The notes beneath the pieces are model-generated. The model was not told the DNA's origin and made no database searches. It saw nothing but the letters and a program-made list of their open reading frames with translations. From positions 32,001-96,000 of the forward strand of contig QMRC01000005.1 in assembly GCA_003649205.1 (NCBI GenBank): a DNA stretch of 64,000 bases, written 5' to 3'. This stretch comes from Thermoprotei archaeon. Lineage in GTDB: Archaea > Thermoproteota > Thermoprotei > Thermoproteales > B15-G16. Positions 48,946 to 59,643 of the stretch are shown one piece after another. The translations under genes were made by a program, and so were the position numbers. Position 1 is the stretch's first letter. Every line of letters begins with the position of its first letter.

Positions 48946-49920
48946 CTACTTCTCTGGTGTAAATGATAGTGATCTCTTGAGCATGTAGACATCGACTCTA
49001 CCTGAGTAGAATACTTTGCTCGTTCTCCTGTTAGTTATCTGCACAAGAGCTACGGCAAATACTGATGGATCTAGCTTGTAGAGGTCGAAGTTAACTTCAC
49101 TGAATATATCATACATCAACCTACCACTATATTTCGAGTTTGTGAATGGTGCTTTCTCGATTATAGCTGCTATCTCAGAGTCATCGCAGTCAACTACGTA
49201 GTATGTCTCTCCTCCATACGCTATCATGTCATTTGTCTTGGCGAACATTAGGTTATAGTTTGGACAGGGTGGTGCTACTGGACATGCTCCAGAGGCTGTA
49301 ATCACCTTCCTTAAGTCAAATCCAAGGTATCTCAGCCTGTACAAACCTGTCTCGACAACTCTAGCACTTACCTGTATCGTTCCGGTCACAGAATTAAATG
49401 ATGTCACTACAACATAGAGGTTCTTTGGTGATATACCACAGGCTTCAGCAACCTTAACTAGGACTCTATCTGGTGGTAGTCTATCAGTTTCAAGTACTAG
49501 AACTGCTTCATCACTTGTTTCGTGGTATTGAAACTCCTCATACCACTTCTTCGGCTTTCTAGCAAGTGCCCTAGCAGGACCTGAACCAAGAGCATAGAAG
49601 TTCTCATCTGCGATTCTCCAACCAGCTAGTTGTGAGAGAAGGCAAGCCTCGATTGGGTAGTCCGTGTAGACTATTACACAGGGGAGTGCTAGCTCATCAT
49701 ACCTTCTTACCGTAAGGTCTACACGAGCTAAACCACCTAGACTAATCTTCGACAGCTCTATACCCATGTCCATACTACCCATGGTCTCAACACCAGCATC
49801 AACAACAGTAGCACCGCAAGGATACCTATGGACCTTGACCTTGTATAGATCGGTATTCGACAGAACTCTATCCAATATTCTCAGTGCTAACTTATTCATT
49901 GAAATACCCACACCTACCAC
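48946..49920 (-). CDS. mch: Methenyl-tetrahydromethanopterin cyclohydrolase
   Basis: SQLAGW, ALGSGPARALA, VLVLE, QVSARVVETG, TND...YGG. Confidence 0.95.
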   Translation of the reverse strand: MVGVGISMNKLALRILDRVLSNTDLYKVKVHRYPCGATVVDAGVETMGSMDMGIELSKISLGGLARVDLTVRRYDELALPCVIVYTDYPIEACLLSQLAGWRIADENFYALGSGPARALARKPKKWYEEFQYHETSDEAVLVLETDRLPPDRVLVKVAEACGISPKNLYVVVTSFNSVTGTIQVSARVVETGLYRLRYLGFDLRKVITASGACPVAPPCPNYNLMFAKTNDMIAYGGETYYVVDCDDSEIAAIIEKAPFTNSKYSGRLMYDIFSEVNFDLYKLDPSVFAVALVQITNRRTSKVFYSGRVDVYMLKRSLSFTPEK

Positions 49921-50771
49921 CCCAACAGCTCAGTCAGGTACCTCAGGTGACTATTTTTATCCAAGGAAATGAATAACCTCCCACTACAACTAATGTCAGC
50001 CATTGCATCTCCTCTCAAAAGTAGGAATGTTCCTCTATACTCTCTTCCTAACTCCTTAACACGAACCTTCTCAGCTATGGAATCGATGTAGAACGTGGGT
50101 ACAATATCATCAACCCTACCTAGAATCACTATTCGACCATCCCTCATGTTTAAGCCAGGATAACCCTTACAATCACCCTCGATAACGATAGTACCACCAC
50201 GCATATTCACACCAGGTAGAGCATCTGAAGAACCTTCAACAACTACTACACCACCTCTCATACCTCTACCAACCTCAGCACCAGCTGAACCATGAATTAT
50301 AATGATACCACCTCTCATACCCTTCCCTGGCTTCTCTCCAGGTAATGAAGCACCTACATAATTACCCACATCACCATAAACCTCAATAAAGCCACCACAC
50401 ATGTGTGTACCTAGCCAATCACCTACATTACCACGAACAATAACACGACCTCCAGTCATTCCATAGCCTAAGAATGCACCTACATCACCCTCAATGATGA
50501 CATTACCTCCAGTCATCCTCCTACAGATCTCTCTAACCTTACTAAAATCACCAACTAAGTGAAGCGTAATCTCTTCAACACTACTAGGTACTGAACCCTG
50601 ATACTCAATGTCGAATAATTCGGTTAGAGGTACCTTCTTAGAACCTTCAAGAACGTACACATCAGTAAGTTCTCTAGGTGACTTACCCACAAAGGTATCA
50701 GGCCTGAGAACAGAAGCGTATACAGGTACCTTGAACAAAGTCCTTGGTTTGACGTAGATTTCAACGACCAT
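49914..50771 (-). CDS. fwdC: Formylmethanofuran dehydrogenase subunit C
   Basis: Repeated GxxMxGGxIxIxG beta-helix; operon context. Confidence 0.93.
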   Translation of the reverse strand: MVVEIYVKPRTLFKVPVYASVLRPDTFVGKSPRELTDVYVLEGSKKVPLTELFDIEYQGSVPSSVEEITLHLVGDFSKVREICRRMTGGNVIIEGDVGAFLGYGMTGGRVIVRGNVGDWLGTHMCGGFIEVYGDVGNYVGASLPGEKPGKGMRGGIIIIHGSAGAEVGRGMRGGVVVVEGSSDALPGVNMRGGTIVIEGDCKGYPGLNMRDGRIVILGRVDDIVPTFYIDSIAEKVRVKELGREYRGTFLLLRGDAMADISCSGRLFISLDKNSHLRYLTELLGW

Positions 50772-50773
50772 AC

Positions 50774-52486
50774 CTAAACCCTCGAAATTACCTTGACCTC
50801 CTTAACACTTCTCAACTCTTCAATTCTAACCTCGTAAGTACTTAGAGAAACGCTGTACCAACGCTTAAACCATTGCTCAATTTCCGCTTTAACAGATTTT
50901 TCGAGATCAGGTGACACAACTGGATTAATGTAGTACGTTGAACCATAGATAACTCTCGTGACCTCACCGTCCTTAACAACGACCTCACCACCCTTGATGA
51001 CGTACTTAGCTCTACGTAGAGCCTTAATCAACTTCTCGTAATCCCTACTGGGATCTACCTCACGAGGATCAATATCGTAGATAGCTACATCAGCATCAGC
51101 ACCAACACCTAGATGCCCCTTAGTCTTCTCTAAACCAAGTAACTTCGCAGGAGCGGCACGTGTAATGATAACAAACTCAGTCCAAGTATACTCCCTATCT
51201 ATGCTAGGTAAGATGCACTTCCTCAACCCCCTCTCATTTAGCTTCTTCATAACTTCATCTCTAGCTCTCTTACTCATCAACCAAGCAACGATCCACGGAT
51301 ACCTAGTGAAGGGTCCACCATTTGGGTGATCAGTCGATATCACTACCCTCCAAGGATCACGAACGAGGAGAGCAATCTCCAAACCAATACACCACTGAAT
51401 AGTATTCACGTAACTCTTCTTACGGTACTTATACGGAACAATACCAGCAGCACACTCACACTCAGCATCTGTACTTGACCACTTCCACTTAGTTAAGTGA
51501 TATAGTACGTACTCGTAAGGTGCATCAGCAGTCATCGTCGTCTGTGTACCAAAGATCACTTGACCAAGATCGATACTAACTCTGGGATTCCTATTAATTT
51601 CCCTAGCTAACTCCTCACTAGCACTACGTAGATTACCCCAAGTCTCACCACCATAAGCATTGAACTGAATGTGAGTTATGTGCATGATGGGTCTATCAAG
51701 TATAGGGAACTTCTCCGTCAACCTAATGGTTTCGAGAGTTGTCTCGTAATTACCTGGAAAGCCAAGTCTATTGCAGTGGATATGAACTTTGTGCGGTATA
51801 CCCAGTCTAATGCATGCATCAAGTGTGTACTCGATTATATCTCTCGGCTTAACACCCCAGCCTGGAATCTCATCGTCAAGACTAATCCCTATACCACGAC
51901 CCCAACCCCAAGCTTCACCAGCACCTGGATCAACTAACTTAACAGCATATCCCTTAACTGTCCTCAATAGCCAAGCGATGTAGGTAGCTACCTTATCTCT
52001 AGCATCTTCGCGAATGAATTTAAGGATAAACCAATTCGAATCGAAGAGAGGTAGCATGGCCTTGTCCACGTACGGAATGTCGTCAAGCTCCTCGTGTGTA
52101 TGTCTAGACTTGATAGGTGGTGAAGCTGGTTCAATAATCATGGTGTAACCCATCCTGATATACCGATACCCAATTACAGTAGTTGATGGTGTTGTTTTAC
52201 CAGAACCACTATGTCTCCTGCCTGGAATGTACCTCAGTATGCTAACCCTATGATCTTCAGGTCTCATTACCCTACCTAGGTTAACCTTTGGACCTGCTAC
52301 GTGAGTGTGCAGATCTATGCCACCAGGTACAACGAGCATGCCCCTAGCATCTATTACGTAGGCTTCCTTGGGATCCACCTTCTCAGTGGGTACTATCTTA
52401 CCGTCTTTAATGGCTATATCCATTACCTCTCCTTCAATACCATTTAGTGGGTCGTACACTACTCCATTCCTAATCAATATCTCCAT
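50774..52486 (-). CDS. fwdA: Formylmethanofuran dehydrogenase subunit A (amidohydrolase)
   Basis: DLHTHVAG, HTHEE, HIHCN.LG.PGN, THIQF, STDHPNGGPF. Confidence 0.96.
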   Translation of the reverse strand: MEILIRNGVVYDPLNGIEGEVMDIAIKDGKIVPTEKVDPKEAYVIDARGMLVVPGGIDLHTHVAGPKVNLGRVMRPEDHRVSILRYIPGRRHSGSGKTTPSTTVIGYRYIRMGYTMIIEPASPPIKSRHTHEELDDIPYVDKAMLPLFDSNWFILKFIREDARDKVATYIAWLLRTVKGYAVKLVDPGAGEAWGWGRGIGISLDDEIPGWGVKPRDIIEYTLDACIRLGIPHKVHIHCNRLGFPGNYETTLETIRLTEKFPILDRPIMHITHIQFNAYGGETWGNLRSASEELAREINRNPRVSIDLGQVIFGTQTTMTADAPYEYVLYHLTKWKWSSTDAECECAAGIVPYKYRKKSYVNTIQWCIGLEIALLVRDPWRVVISTDHPNGGPFTRYPWIVAWLMSKRARDEVMKKLNERGLRKCILPSIDREYTWTEFVIITRAAPAKLLGLEKTKGHLGVGADADVAIYDIDPREVDPSRDYEKLIKALRRAKYVIKGGEVVVKDGEVTRVIYGSTYYINPVVSPDLEKSVKAEIEQWFKRWYSVSLSTYEVRIEELRSVKEVKVISRV

Positions 52487-52490
52487 ACAA

Positions 52491-54197
52491 TCACCTCCTT
52501 AGCTTCTCCATGACTTTAGCATATATGTCGTATAGGATTACGTGATCTGGCCTAATGCCAGGTGGTGGCTCTACTACTTTCCTCATTCTAATTGGTACGT
52601 GATCCATTCTATACGCTGTACCCTCACACTCGATACCTACAATAGCTGAAGGTATTATGTAGTCTGCCATGCATGCTGTCAAACTACACTTCGGATCTAT
52701 GACTATGAGCGGTACCTTACTCATGCTCTCAACAGCTCTCTTCGGCATGTGTGCTGCTGGGTCAGATGCAATAACTAAAACAGCATCGCAATCTCCTCTG
52801 AGTAATATGTCTGTTGATGTTGTTAGACCTGGTATGTGTCTCGGATAACCCTTAGCAAATTCAATTGCATAGGGGTAACCCGTTAACCAGCATAGTGCAG
52901 CATTTGTCCCTGTTACATTGTAGTGTCCTCTCATTGGTATAAGTACAAACTTAGTCCACTTATTCAGATCTTGGACCAGTCTAATCGCTTCAACGATGTT
53001 CCAGTACTTCCCCCTAGTCATTGTGATTCCGAGACCGAAGAACAGTACTCCAAACCTAGCTGATATCATTAATTCAGCAAGTTCATAGACCTTTTCTACA
53101 GGTACACCAGCAACCTCAGGTACCTCTAGCTCAAGCTCATTCACTACTGCTCTTAGTGCACGAAGTAGCTCAAGGTCTTTATTCGGCTTTACCTTGATAA
53201 AGAGATCAGCTACCTTAGCTATCTCCGTCTCCCTAACATCAACTACAACAACCTTCCTATTCTTTCTACCACCAATGAAGAAACCTTGGGCAAGGTACGT
53301 GTACCTAACTCCATGTCTTAGATGTGCTGCAAGTGGATTACAGCCCCAGTAGATTATTAAGTCAGCTCTATTCTTGATCTGACCTAACGTAGCAGTTACC
53401 ACACCAACTTCCTGCTCAGCAAGTATTGTAGGTCCATGACAGAATACAGCAGTATTATCGATAACTCCACCTAGTGCTTCTGCAAGCTTAACCCCGATTC
53501 TGAGTGCTTCATTCGATGAACTTGACCAACCGAAGAGTAGTGGGTACTTCGAGTTAACCAGTACTTCAGCTACCTCATCAACTATCTTCTCATACGGTAC
53601 CTCAATGAACTTATCACCTTGTCTCTTGTATGGCTTTAGGATCCTGTTACGGTAGTGATTCAGGAACTTAGACATACCTAGTACACAAGCTCTCTCAACC
53701 TTCACAACCCTGTTACCAACAACGTGAACCACAAGGTCATCACATACACATCCACAGAAAGGACAAGCAACATCAGTGAACACCTGCTCAGGACCTGGAA
53801 CCTTCTCTACCTCCGTTCGAGGTGGTAGCAAGTACTTGGGTACTAATCTAGAGAGAGGAGTTACTTCTTCACCTGTCTTCTCTACCACAACCTTAATACC
53901 CTTGAAATCAGGCATACCAGAGCCATGTGTGTCAGGTCTCACCACAGCATTAGCCCATGGGCCTAAGGGCATGAAGCAGATTCCTGGCGACCTACCCTTA
54001 GCTCTCTTAACCTTAACAACTACCTCACCAAACTCACTCCGAACCTTAACCCTATCACCTTCACTAACACCAAGCACCTTCATATCTTCCTCATCTAGAA
54101 ATACAGCAGCAACAGAGTTCTCGTACTCATGACTTATCTTATCTTCAACAAACCTTCCCTGTTCAACAATTCTACCAGTGACTAGGATAAGTTCCAT
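52491..54197 (-). CDS. Fused formylmethanofuran dehydrogenase subunits D and B
   Basis: N-terminal LVTGR..QG...MPLGPWAN...GMPDFKG (FwdD) in frame with CPFCGCVCDD, FCHGPT, WGCNP, MRGHYNV, GTAYRMD (FwdB). Confidence 0.92.
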   Translation of the reverse strand: MELILVTGRIVEQGRFVEDKISHEYENSVAAVFLDEEDMKVLGVSEGDRVKVRSEFGEVVVKVKRAKGRSPGICFMPLGPWANAVVRPDTHGSGMPDFKGIKVVVEKTGEEVTPLSRLVPKYLLPPRTEVEKVPGPEQVFTDVACPFCGCVCDDLVVHVVGNRVVKVERACVLGMSKFLNHYRNRILKPYKRQGDKFIEVPYEKIVDEVAEVLVNSKYPLLFGWSSSSNEALRIGVKLAEALGGVIDNTAVFCHGPTILAEQEVGVVTATLGQIKNRADLIIYWGCNPLAAHLRHGVRYTYLAQGFFIGGRKNRKVVVVDVRETEIAKVADLFIKVKPNKDLELLRALRAVVNELELEVPEVAGVPVEKVYELAELMISARFGVLFFGLGITMTRGKYWNIVEAIRLVQDLNKWTKFVLIPMRGHYNVTGTNAALCWLTGYPYAIEFAKGYPRHIPGLTTSTDILLRGDCDAVLVIASDPAAHMPKRAVESMSKVPLIVIDPKCSLTACMADYIIPSAIVGIECEGTAYRMDHVPIRMRKVVEPPPGIRPDHVILYDIYAKVMEKLRR

Positions 54198-54254
54198 ACA
54201 TAGGGTTTAAAGGTCAATAACTAAATTTTTCAGTTTTCCACGACCATACAGCCA

Positions 54255-55139
54255 CTACGTAAGAGATTTCTTACGAATGACAACTATAGGACAATGCCTA
54301 AACCTTAAGAGATCACTCCAGGTAACCTCATGAAACTCCTTACCCACCCTACGTGACACATCGAGAACAGTTCTTCCCAAACCAAAACCCCTAACCCTCT
54401 CAGCAATCCTAGCTACCTCAAGTAACTCAGCAACATTCTCCAGAGTAACAGGTACTGAAGAACCAACAATCGTCGGGTACTCACTGAATACATACCTGAA
54501 GAACCTACCTAAGAAATACCCGAAGAAACCAAGGTTCTTAGCCCAGGGAATACAGGTACTCCTCGTAGCGAGAATAATACGTGGATTACACTTATGGACG
54601 TACAGCCTATCACTATCAACAATCAAAACCTTAACACGAACACCTAACTCGCTAAGTATTGTACCCGAAATTAGTTTAGCGACTCTAGTAGCTGTATCAG
54701 GACTAAGAGGTAGTGAAACCAATTTGTAAGGTACATTTGTCGCATCAACACCAGCCTCACCAATAGGCTTGAGGAAGTGACGTACACCATAGCTAATAAG
54801 TACAAACTTCTTGTGCTTACTACCATCAGTAATCGGGTAGTGAAGCAATAACTCAACGAACTCTCTACGCAATTTCAGAATTTTTACCAAGAATAGACCA
54901 CAGAACACTCTCTGGTAAAGTAGAGTGATGACCTTGTCTAAGCTGCTGACCGGTATCAGATCTTCATCAAAGAGATTTCCAAGGGCAGTGGATATTGCCT
55001 TCTCAGAAATGACTAAGTAATCACCATCATGAATGATACCATGGAGTAACTCTCTAACCTTCTTCACAACGTTAGTTCCGGGTAACCAGTATCTACAATA
55101 CCTCCTAAGTACTCTAAATCTACGTCTAGTTGAAGACAC
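54255..55139 (-). CDS. CofE (F420-0:gamma-glutamyl ligase)-like protein
   Basis: YWLPG, DYLVISEKAISTA, EAGVDATNVP, LIVDSD, PIVVIR. Confidence 0.75.
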   Translation of the reverse strand: MSSTRRRFRVLRRYCRYWLPGTNVVKKVRELLHGIIHDGDYLVISEKAISTALGNLFDEDLIPVSSLDKVITLLYQRVFCGLFLVKILKLRREFVELLLHYPITDGSKHKKFVLISYGVRHFLKPIGEAGVDATNVPYKLVSLPLSPDTATRVAKLISGTILSELGVRVKVLIVDSDRLYVHKCNPRIILATRSTCIPWAKNLGFFGYFLGRFFRYVFSEYPTIVGSSVPVTLENVAELLEVARIAERVRGFGLGRTVLDVSRRVGKEFHEVTWSDLLRFRHCPIVVIRKKSLT

Positions 55140-55141
55140 AA

Positions 55142-56098
55142 TTAGATTTTCTCAAGTAACTTCCTCTCTTCCAACCACTTGAGAGCGTAGTCGAATGATT
55201 CTAGTAGTGGTATCCTGTACCTTCCCAGCTTTCCACCAAAGTTAACCGATGTTATCTTGATGACACCATTCACCTTGGCTGCTGCTATGGCACCAACACC
55301 CATAGCTAGCTTAACGTACTCCTCCTTAAGTCCATTTATAACAATTTCGTAAACACAGTTCACATTAGGTGGGACCTTAGTGTCAGGTACCTTACCTCTC
55401 AGCGTTGGACAGTAGGGGTGGTTTGTTGATGCAGGTAGCTTCGGATACCTATTTGAACCAACCTTTGAACCTGATCTCACGATACCACCAGGGAATGGAC
55501 ATATGACGTAGGGGCAAAGTCTCCTAATTGCTCTAACAGCTTCTGTAGCAGCTCTCAATCCTGAATCTAGGTCTCTAGCTAGGATCACAATGTTACCACC
55601 AGCAACACCCGAAACAACGCCAACACTATCCTCAACAATGAACTCACCCTCCATGACAGGTATTCTCCACACAGTTCTACCGTACATAGCATCCTTTACC
55701 TCGTAACCATCACCAAACTTAGCAATAGACTGACCTATCCTAAGTCTCCTCCTCACCTTAGGTAGTCCATCGAAGAGAGCTGTAGTAGGACACGTAAGTA
55801 CTGTCTGTCCAACTCGAGCAAGTACCTGCACCTTGAGTTCAGGTATCGATCTGTGGTAGATCTGTATGTAGACTCCTGGTCTCCCATCTGGAGTGCTCTT
55901 AGGGGATACTAGCTTCTCTATACCTGCTTCAGCAGGGCACGCAATTATCGATGTAGCGAAACCAGTAGCACACCTAGCAGCGGTGAGAGCCCACTTCCTG
56001 TCCCTAGCAGTTATCAGTAACCTCGTTCCATACATTGGAAATGCTTCAGCAAATGAATCCTCAAGTTTCTTTCTCAGCTCCTCAATCGAGTTCATCAC
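55142..56098 (-). CDS. ftr: Formylmethanofuran:H4MPT formyltransferase
   Basis: DSFAEAF, GFATSII.CPAEAG, TPDGRPG, FGDG, RSGSKVGS, EIVING, NFGGKLG. Confidence 0.96.
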   Translation of the reverse strand: MMNSIEELRKKLEDSFAEAFPMYGTRLLITARDRKWALTAARCATGFATSIIACPAEAGIEKLVSPKSTPDGRPGVYIQIYHRSIPELKVQVLARVGQTVLTCPTTALFDGLPKVRRRLRIGQSIAKFGDGYEVKDAMYGRTVWRIPVMEGEFIVEDSVGVVSGVAGGNIVILARDLDSGLRAATEAVRAIRRLCPYVICPFPGGIVRSGSKVGSNRYPKLPASTNHPYCPTLRGKVPDTKVPPNVNCVYEIVINGLKEEYVKLAMGVGAIAAAKVNGVIKITSVNFGGKLGRYRIPLLESFDYALKWLEERKLLEKI

Positions 56099-56146
56099 GG
56101 GGGTTATTGTTCCTCAAGTTATTTAAGCGTTTGAACGGTCTCTCAG

Positions 56147-57175
56147 ATGGGTAACTTCATGGGATTGATTGAGGGTTACTACGTTAAGGTACGTAGTGGT
56201 GACATATTCGCAGTAAAGGACGTAGTTCAGCCACCAGGTAAGGTCGTTGCTTATCCAAAGTACGTACTTACTCCTAGTGGCTCTAGAATATGTAGAGAGG
56301 ATGGTGCTAGGTATAGGAAGGTAGAGACTGTTCCTGAGTTATACCGTGTCCTTTATGAAAGGTACGGAAACTACATTGTGTATGACGTATTTTACGGTAG
56401 AGAAGTTCCTGAAATTCCTCTATCCGATGTGGTTAGGATATATGATCCTCGAGTAAAGCTTCAAGAGTTAATGAAATCTCCACTACAGGATAGTGTAGTC
56501 AGGGATGTCGTTGATTTCTGTAGATTACTCTCTAGGGTAACTCCCACTGATAGTATTGGTGTTTCGGGTTCAGTTCTAGTTTCTTTACATGAAGGTTCAT
56601 CAGATATTGATGTCGTGGTTTATGGTCGTGAACATGGGTTCAGAGTGTACGGTTATCTGGAGAACCTAGTTAATGTAAGTACTGATGTTCGGAGATACGA
56701 TGAGGTTCTACTAAAAAGACTGTACATTTCAAGGGGTAGAGAAACTCCAATGGATTTCACGACATTTGTTAGGCATGAGGAGAGACGTGTTCTTGAGGGA
56801 TTGTTTAGGGGGAGAGAGTACTTCATAAGGCTTATTCAGCTACCTAGCGAACTTGATGTAAGATACGGTACTTACGTAGTTCGGAAGCTAGGTACCTGTG
56901 TATTGAAGGCTATCGTTGTTGATGCTAGTGAATCAATATTTACGCCCTGTAGGTACAGGATTAAGGTCATTGAATTCCTAGAGGGTTCTGAGAGGGAGGT
57001 TTGTGAGGTATATAGTTTGAGAGGTAGGTTCTGTGAACTTGCTAGTGAAGGTGATACCGTGATATGTCGTGGTACTCTTGAGGAAGTTCACTACGTAGAG
57101 AGTGGAGAAGTTAGGTATAGAGTGTACCTAGGTGATACAGGAGATTACTTAGTGAATCTAGCACTTAAGTACTGA
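56147..57175 (+). CDS. Predicted nucleotidyltransferase (COG1665-like) with C-terminal OB-like domain
   Basis: IGVSGS...SDIDVVVYG; C-terminal GTLEEV. Confidence 0.8.
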   Translation: MGNFMGLIEGYYVKVRSGDIFAVKDVVQPPGKVVAYPKYVLTPSGSRICREDGARYRKVETVPELYRVLYERYGNYIVYDVFYGREVPEIPLSDVVRIYDPRVKLQELMKSPLQDSVVRDVVDFCRLLSRVTPTDSIGVSGSVLVSLHEGSSDIDVVVYGREHGFRVYGYLENLVNVSTDVRRYDEVLLKRLYISRGRETPMDFTTFVRHEERRVLEGLFRGREYFIRLIQLPSELDVRYGTYVVRKLGTCVLKAIVVDASESIFTPCRYRIKVIEFLEGSEREVCEVYSLRGRFCELASEGDTVICRGTLEEVHYVESGEVRYRVYLGDTGDYLVNLALKY

Positions 57176-58289
57176 ACCACCTAATAGGTTTGAGGTAGTC
57201 CTTACCACCCGCATCAACACTACCAACTGTGACTCTGCGGTATACCTCACCACTTGACTTAATCACCTTCTCCAATCTACCAAATACCTCAATCTCCTCA
57301 CCAGGCTTAGCTAGATCACAGTACAGTCCCTCATAACACACTACTTCTCGAATATTACTTACCTTAGGTCCCTCAAGAATCCTCACATTACGTACTACGT
57401 ACTTAGCTGGTAAGAAAATTGATTCACTATCATCCTCAACCACAGCTCTAATCTTAATCAATCCTTCACCAATGTACCTCTCATCACCATACTTCTCACG
57501 TACTTCATGTTCAAGCTTTACGGGATGAACTGAGAACTGTCTACCACGGTAGAGAGCTCTATTCCACTTCTCAGAACCATATAGTCGTCGTGCTTCATTT
57601 GGTGTAAGTGGGTGTATCTTTATGATATCTTGAACCCATGCTTCAAGTACTTCTCCTCTAGGTCTCTTAAATGGTGATTTAGGGTCATCGTACAGTTGCA
57701 GCAGGGTCTCCTTAACCTTGAGGGCATTCTCCCTACCATACACAATGATGTCTACATCAGAGTACTTCACATTGTGTATCCGCAACAGAATTGATCCAGT
57801 AATACCCATGTACGTAGTGGAGACACCACTAAACCTCGATAACTCCTCAACTAATTCCTTAGCCAAAGCCTCTAACTCATCTCTAGGCTCTTTCAATATC
57901 TCTCTTAACCTCTCCTCAGGTAAGTAGTGTACCTTGACCCTACTACGTGGAACCTCAATAACTTCAACACCAAGAACTTCGTCATACACCACGTATTCAG
58001 GACAGTTCTTTCTCAGGAAATCCATGACCGTACTGAAACCAATAGCACTGTAAAACGGTAGTACCCTACCATACATCTTACCATCTCTAGACCACTTAAT
58101 ACGTATCTTAGACTCTACACCAGGAACGTACTTGAGGTAACAGATGACTCTATCTGGTGGATGTACATTACCTATTACACAGAATATGTAACCCTCCACA
58201 CTCTCAATGAAATCTCTATCACGGAAGGTAACTCTCATAGAACTCACTGAGGAAGATATTGAGCGCATAAATATATTCCTTAAGACCAT
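57165..58289 (-). CDS. Second predicted nucleotidyltransferase (COG1665-like); true start probably MRVTFRDRDF
   Basis: RDRDF, GNVHP, YLKYVP, GITGS...SDVDIIVYG, GRLEKV. Confidence 0.85.
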   Translation of the reverse strand: MVLRNIFMRSISSSVSSMRVTFRDRDFIESVEGYIFCVIGNVHPPDRVICYLKYVPGVESKIRIKWSRDGKMYGRVLPFYSAIGFSTVMDFLRKNCPEYVVYDEVLGVEVIEVPRSRVKVHYLPEERLREILKEPRDELEALAKELVEELSRFSGVSTTYMGITGSILLRIHNVKYSDVDIIVYGRENALKVKETLLQLYDDPKSPFKRPRGEVLEAWVQDIIKIHPLTPNEARRLYGSEKWNRALYRGRQFSVHPVKLEHEVREKYGDERYIGEGLIKIRAVVEDDSESIFLPAKYVVRNVRILEGPKVSNIREVVCYEGLYCDLAKPGEEIEVFGRLEKVIKSSGEVYRRVTVGSVDAGGKDYLKPIRWFST

Positions 58290-58301
58290 GACGAGTAGTA
58301 G

Positions 58302-59597
58302 GTGGCTAAGTTGCTGATATACCTAGTAAATCCGCAGGTACCTAGGTCACGAGATGAGGAGAAGAAAGGTCTATACCCACCACTTGGCCTACTCTACATA
58401 GCCACAGTACTCAAGGAGAGAGGATACGAAGTAAAGATATACGAGCTGAACGTAGAGTCATCAAATAAGCTAATTCACGATGTACAGAGAGAGCAACCTG
58501 ATGTAGTAGGTATAACAGTACACACAGTGAGCTTCCCAATAGTGAAGAGCCTCATTAAGGAGCTGAGACAATCATCACCAAGCACCACCATAGTATGTGG
58601 TGGTCCACATGCAACACTTTGTCCAGAAGACTTCATTAACATAGCTGACATAGTTGTGAGAGGTGAAGGTGAGGAAGTAGCTAGAGACCTACCTAATCTA
58701 CTACATGCAATTAAGGAACTGAAGACCAGAGCTATGAAGACTACACTAGTGGTTCAGGGAGCTAGTCCGAACATAGATGAGCTACCAATACCTGATAGAG
58801 CACTACTCAATACATCGTACTATGGTGAGAACATTGGTGTACTCGTAACTAGTAGAGGTTGTCCATTCAATTGCTTATTCTGTTGTGTTCGATACCTCTT
58901 CTCTAGAGCTTACAGAGCTAGATCACCTATGAAGGTGCTACAGGAAGTACTGTACCTAGTAGATAGATTCAATGTACATCGAGTGAAGTTTGTGGATGAT
59001 GAGTTTACTGTAGTTAGGAGTAGGGTTCGTGAAATTTGTCAGCTTCTCAAGGAATATGGAGTAGGTGTGACCTGGAGTTTACCCAATGGTATTAGAGTTG
59101 ATACAGTTGATGAGAGGTTACTTAGGGATATGAGTGAAGCTGGTTGTGACTTAGTGTGGTTTGGTATTGAGTCTGGTTCTGAGAGAGTGCTTAAGTACAT
59201 TAGGAAGGGCATTGATTTGGAGAAAGCTAGAGGAGTGATTAAGATAGCTAAGGACTACGGTATTAGAGTTGGTGGTTTCTTCATGATAGGAGCACCAGGT
59301 GAAACACTTGATGAGTTTAAGAAGATAATAGACCTAATACCTAAGCTGGATCTAGACTACATACACTTCAGCATAGCAACACCATACCCAAACACTGAGT
59401 TCTGGAACTGGGTTCAGGTACATGGGAGGTTCATAACACTAGACTACCAGTACTTTGAGAAGACATTCATCTTTGAAACACCTGACTATACGATCAGAGA
59501 TAGATTGAGAGCTGTAGAGCTACTAGAGAGAGAACTAGGTTACTACGAGTTAAGTGACGACGTTAAGATCATAGAGGAACTACTTACACGGACCTAA
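58302..59597 (+). CDS. B12-binding radical SAM protein (class B methyltransferase-like)
   Basis: PPLGLLYIA, GGPHAT, GEGE, SRGCPFNCLFC, DDEF, GIESGS. Confidence 0.92.
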   Translation: MAKLLIYLVNPQVPRSRDEEKKGLYPPLGLLYIATVLKERGYEVKIYELNVESSNKLIHDVQREQPDVVGITVHTVSFPIVKSLIKELRQSSPSTTIVCGGPHATLCPEDFINIADIVVRGEGEEVARDLPNLLHAIKELKTRAMKTTLVVQGASPNIDELPIPDRALLNTSYYGENIGVLVTSRGCPFNCLFCCVRYLFSRAYRARSPMKVLQEVLYLVDRFNVHRVKFVDDEFTVVRSRVREICQLLKEYGVGVTWSLPNGIRVDTVDERLLRDMSEAGCDLVWFGIESGSERVLKYIRKGIDLEKARGVIKIAKDYGIRVGGFFMIGAPGETLDEFKKIIDLIPKLDLDYIHFSIATPYPNTEFWNWVQVHGRFITLDYQYFEKTFIFETPDYTIRDRLRAVELLERELGYYELSDDVKIIEELLTRT

Positions 59598-59643
59598 AGT
59601 ACAGGTTCAGGAGACTAACTAAGTCACGGCTGAGTGGAGCTTC

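Noticed and set aside
49914-50771. Periodic DNA repeats (ACC-rich units) in fwdC
   Set aside because: Explained by the known Gly-rich beta-helix repeats of FwdC
52491-54197. Selenocysteine-containing FwdB (FwuB)
   Set aside because: Active-site codon encodes Cys (FCHGPT); no in-frame TGA
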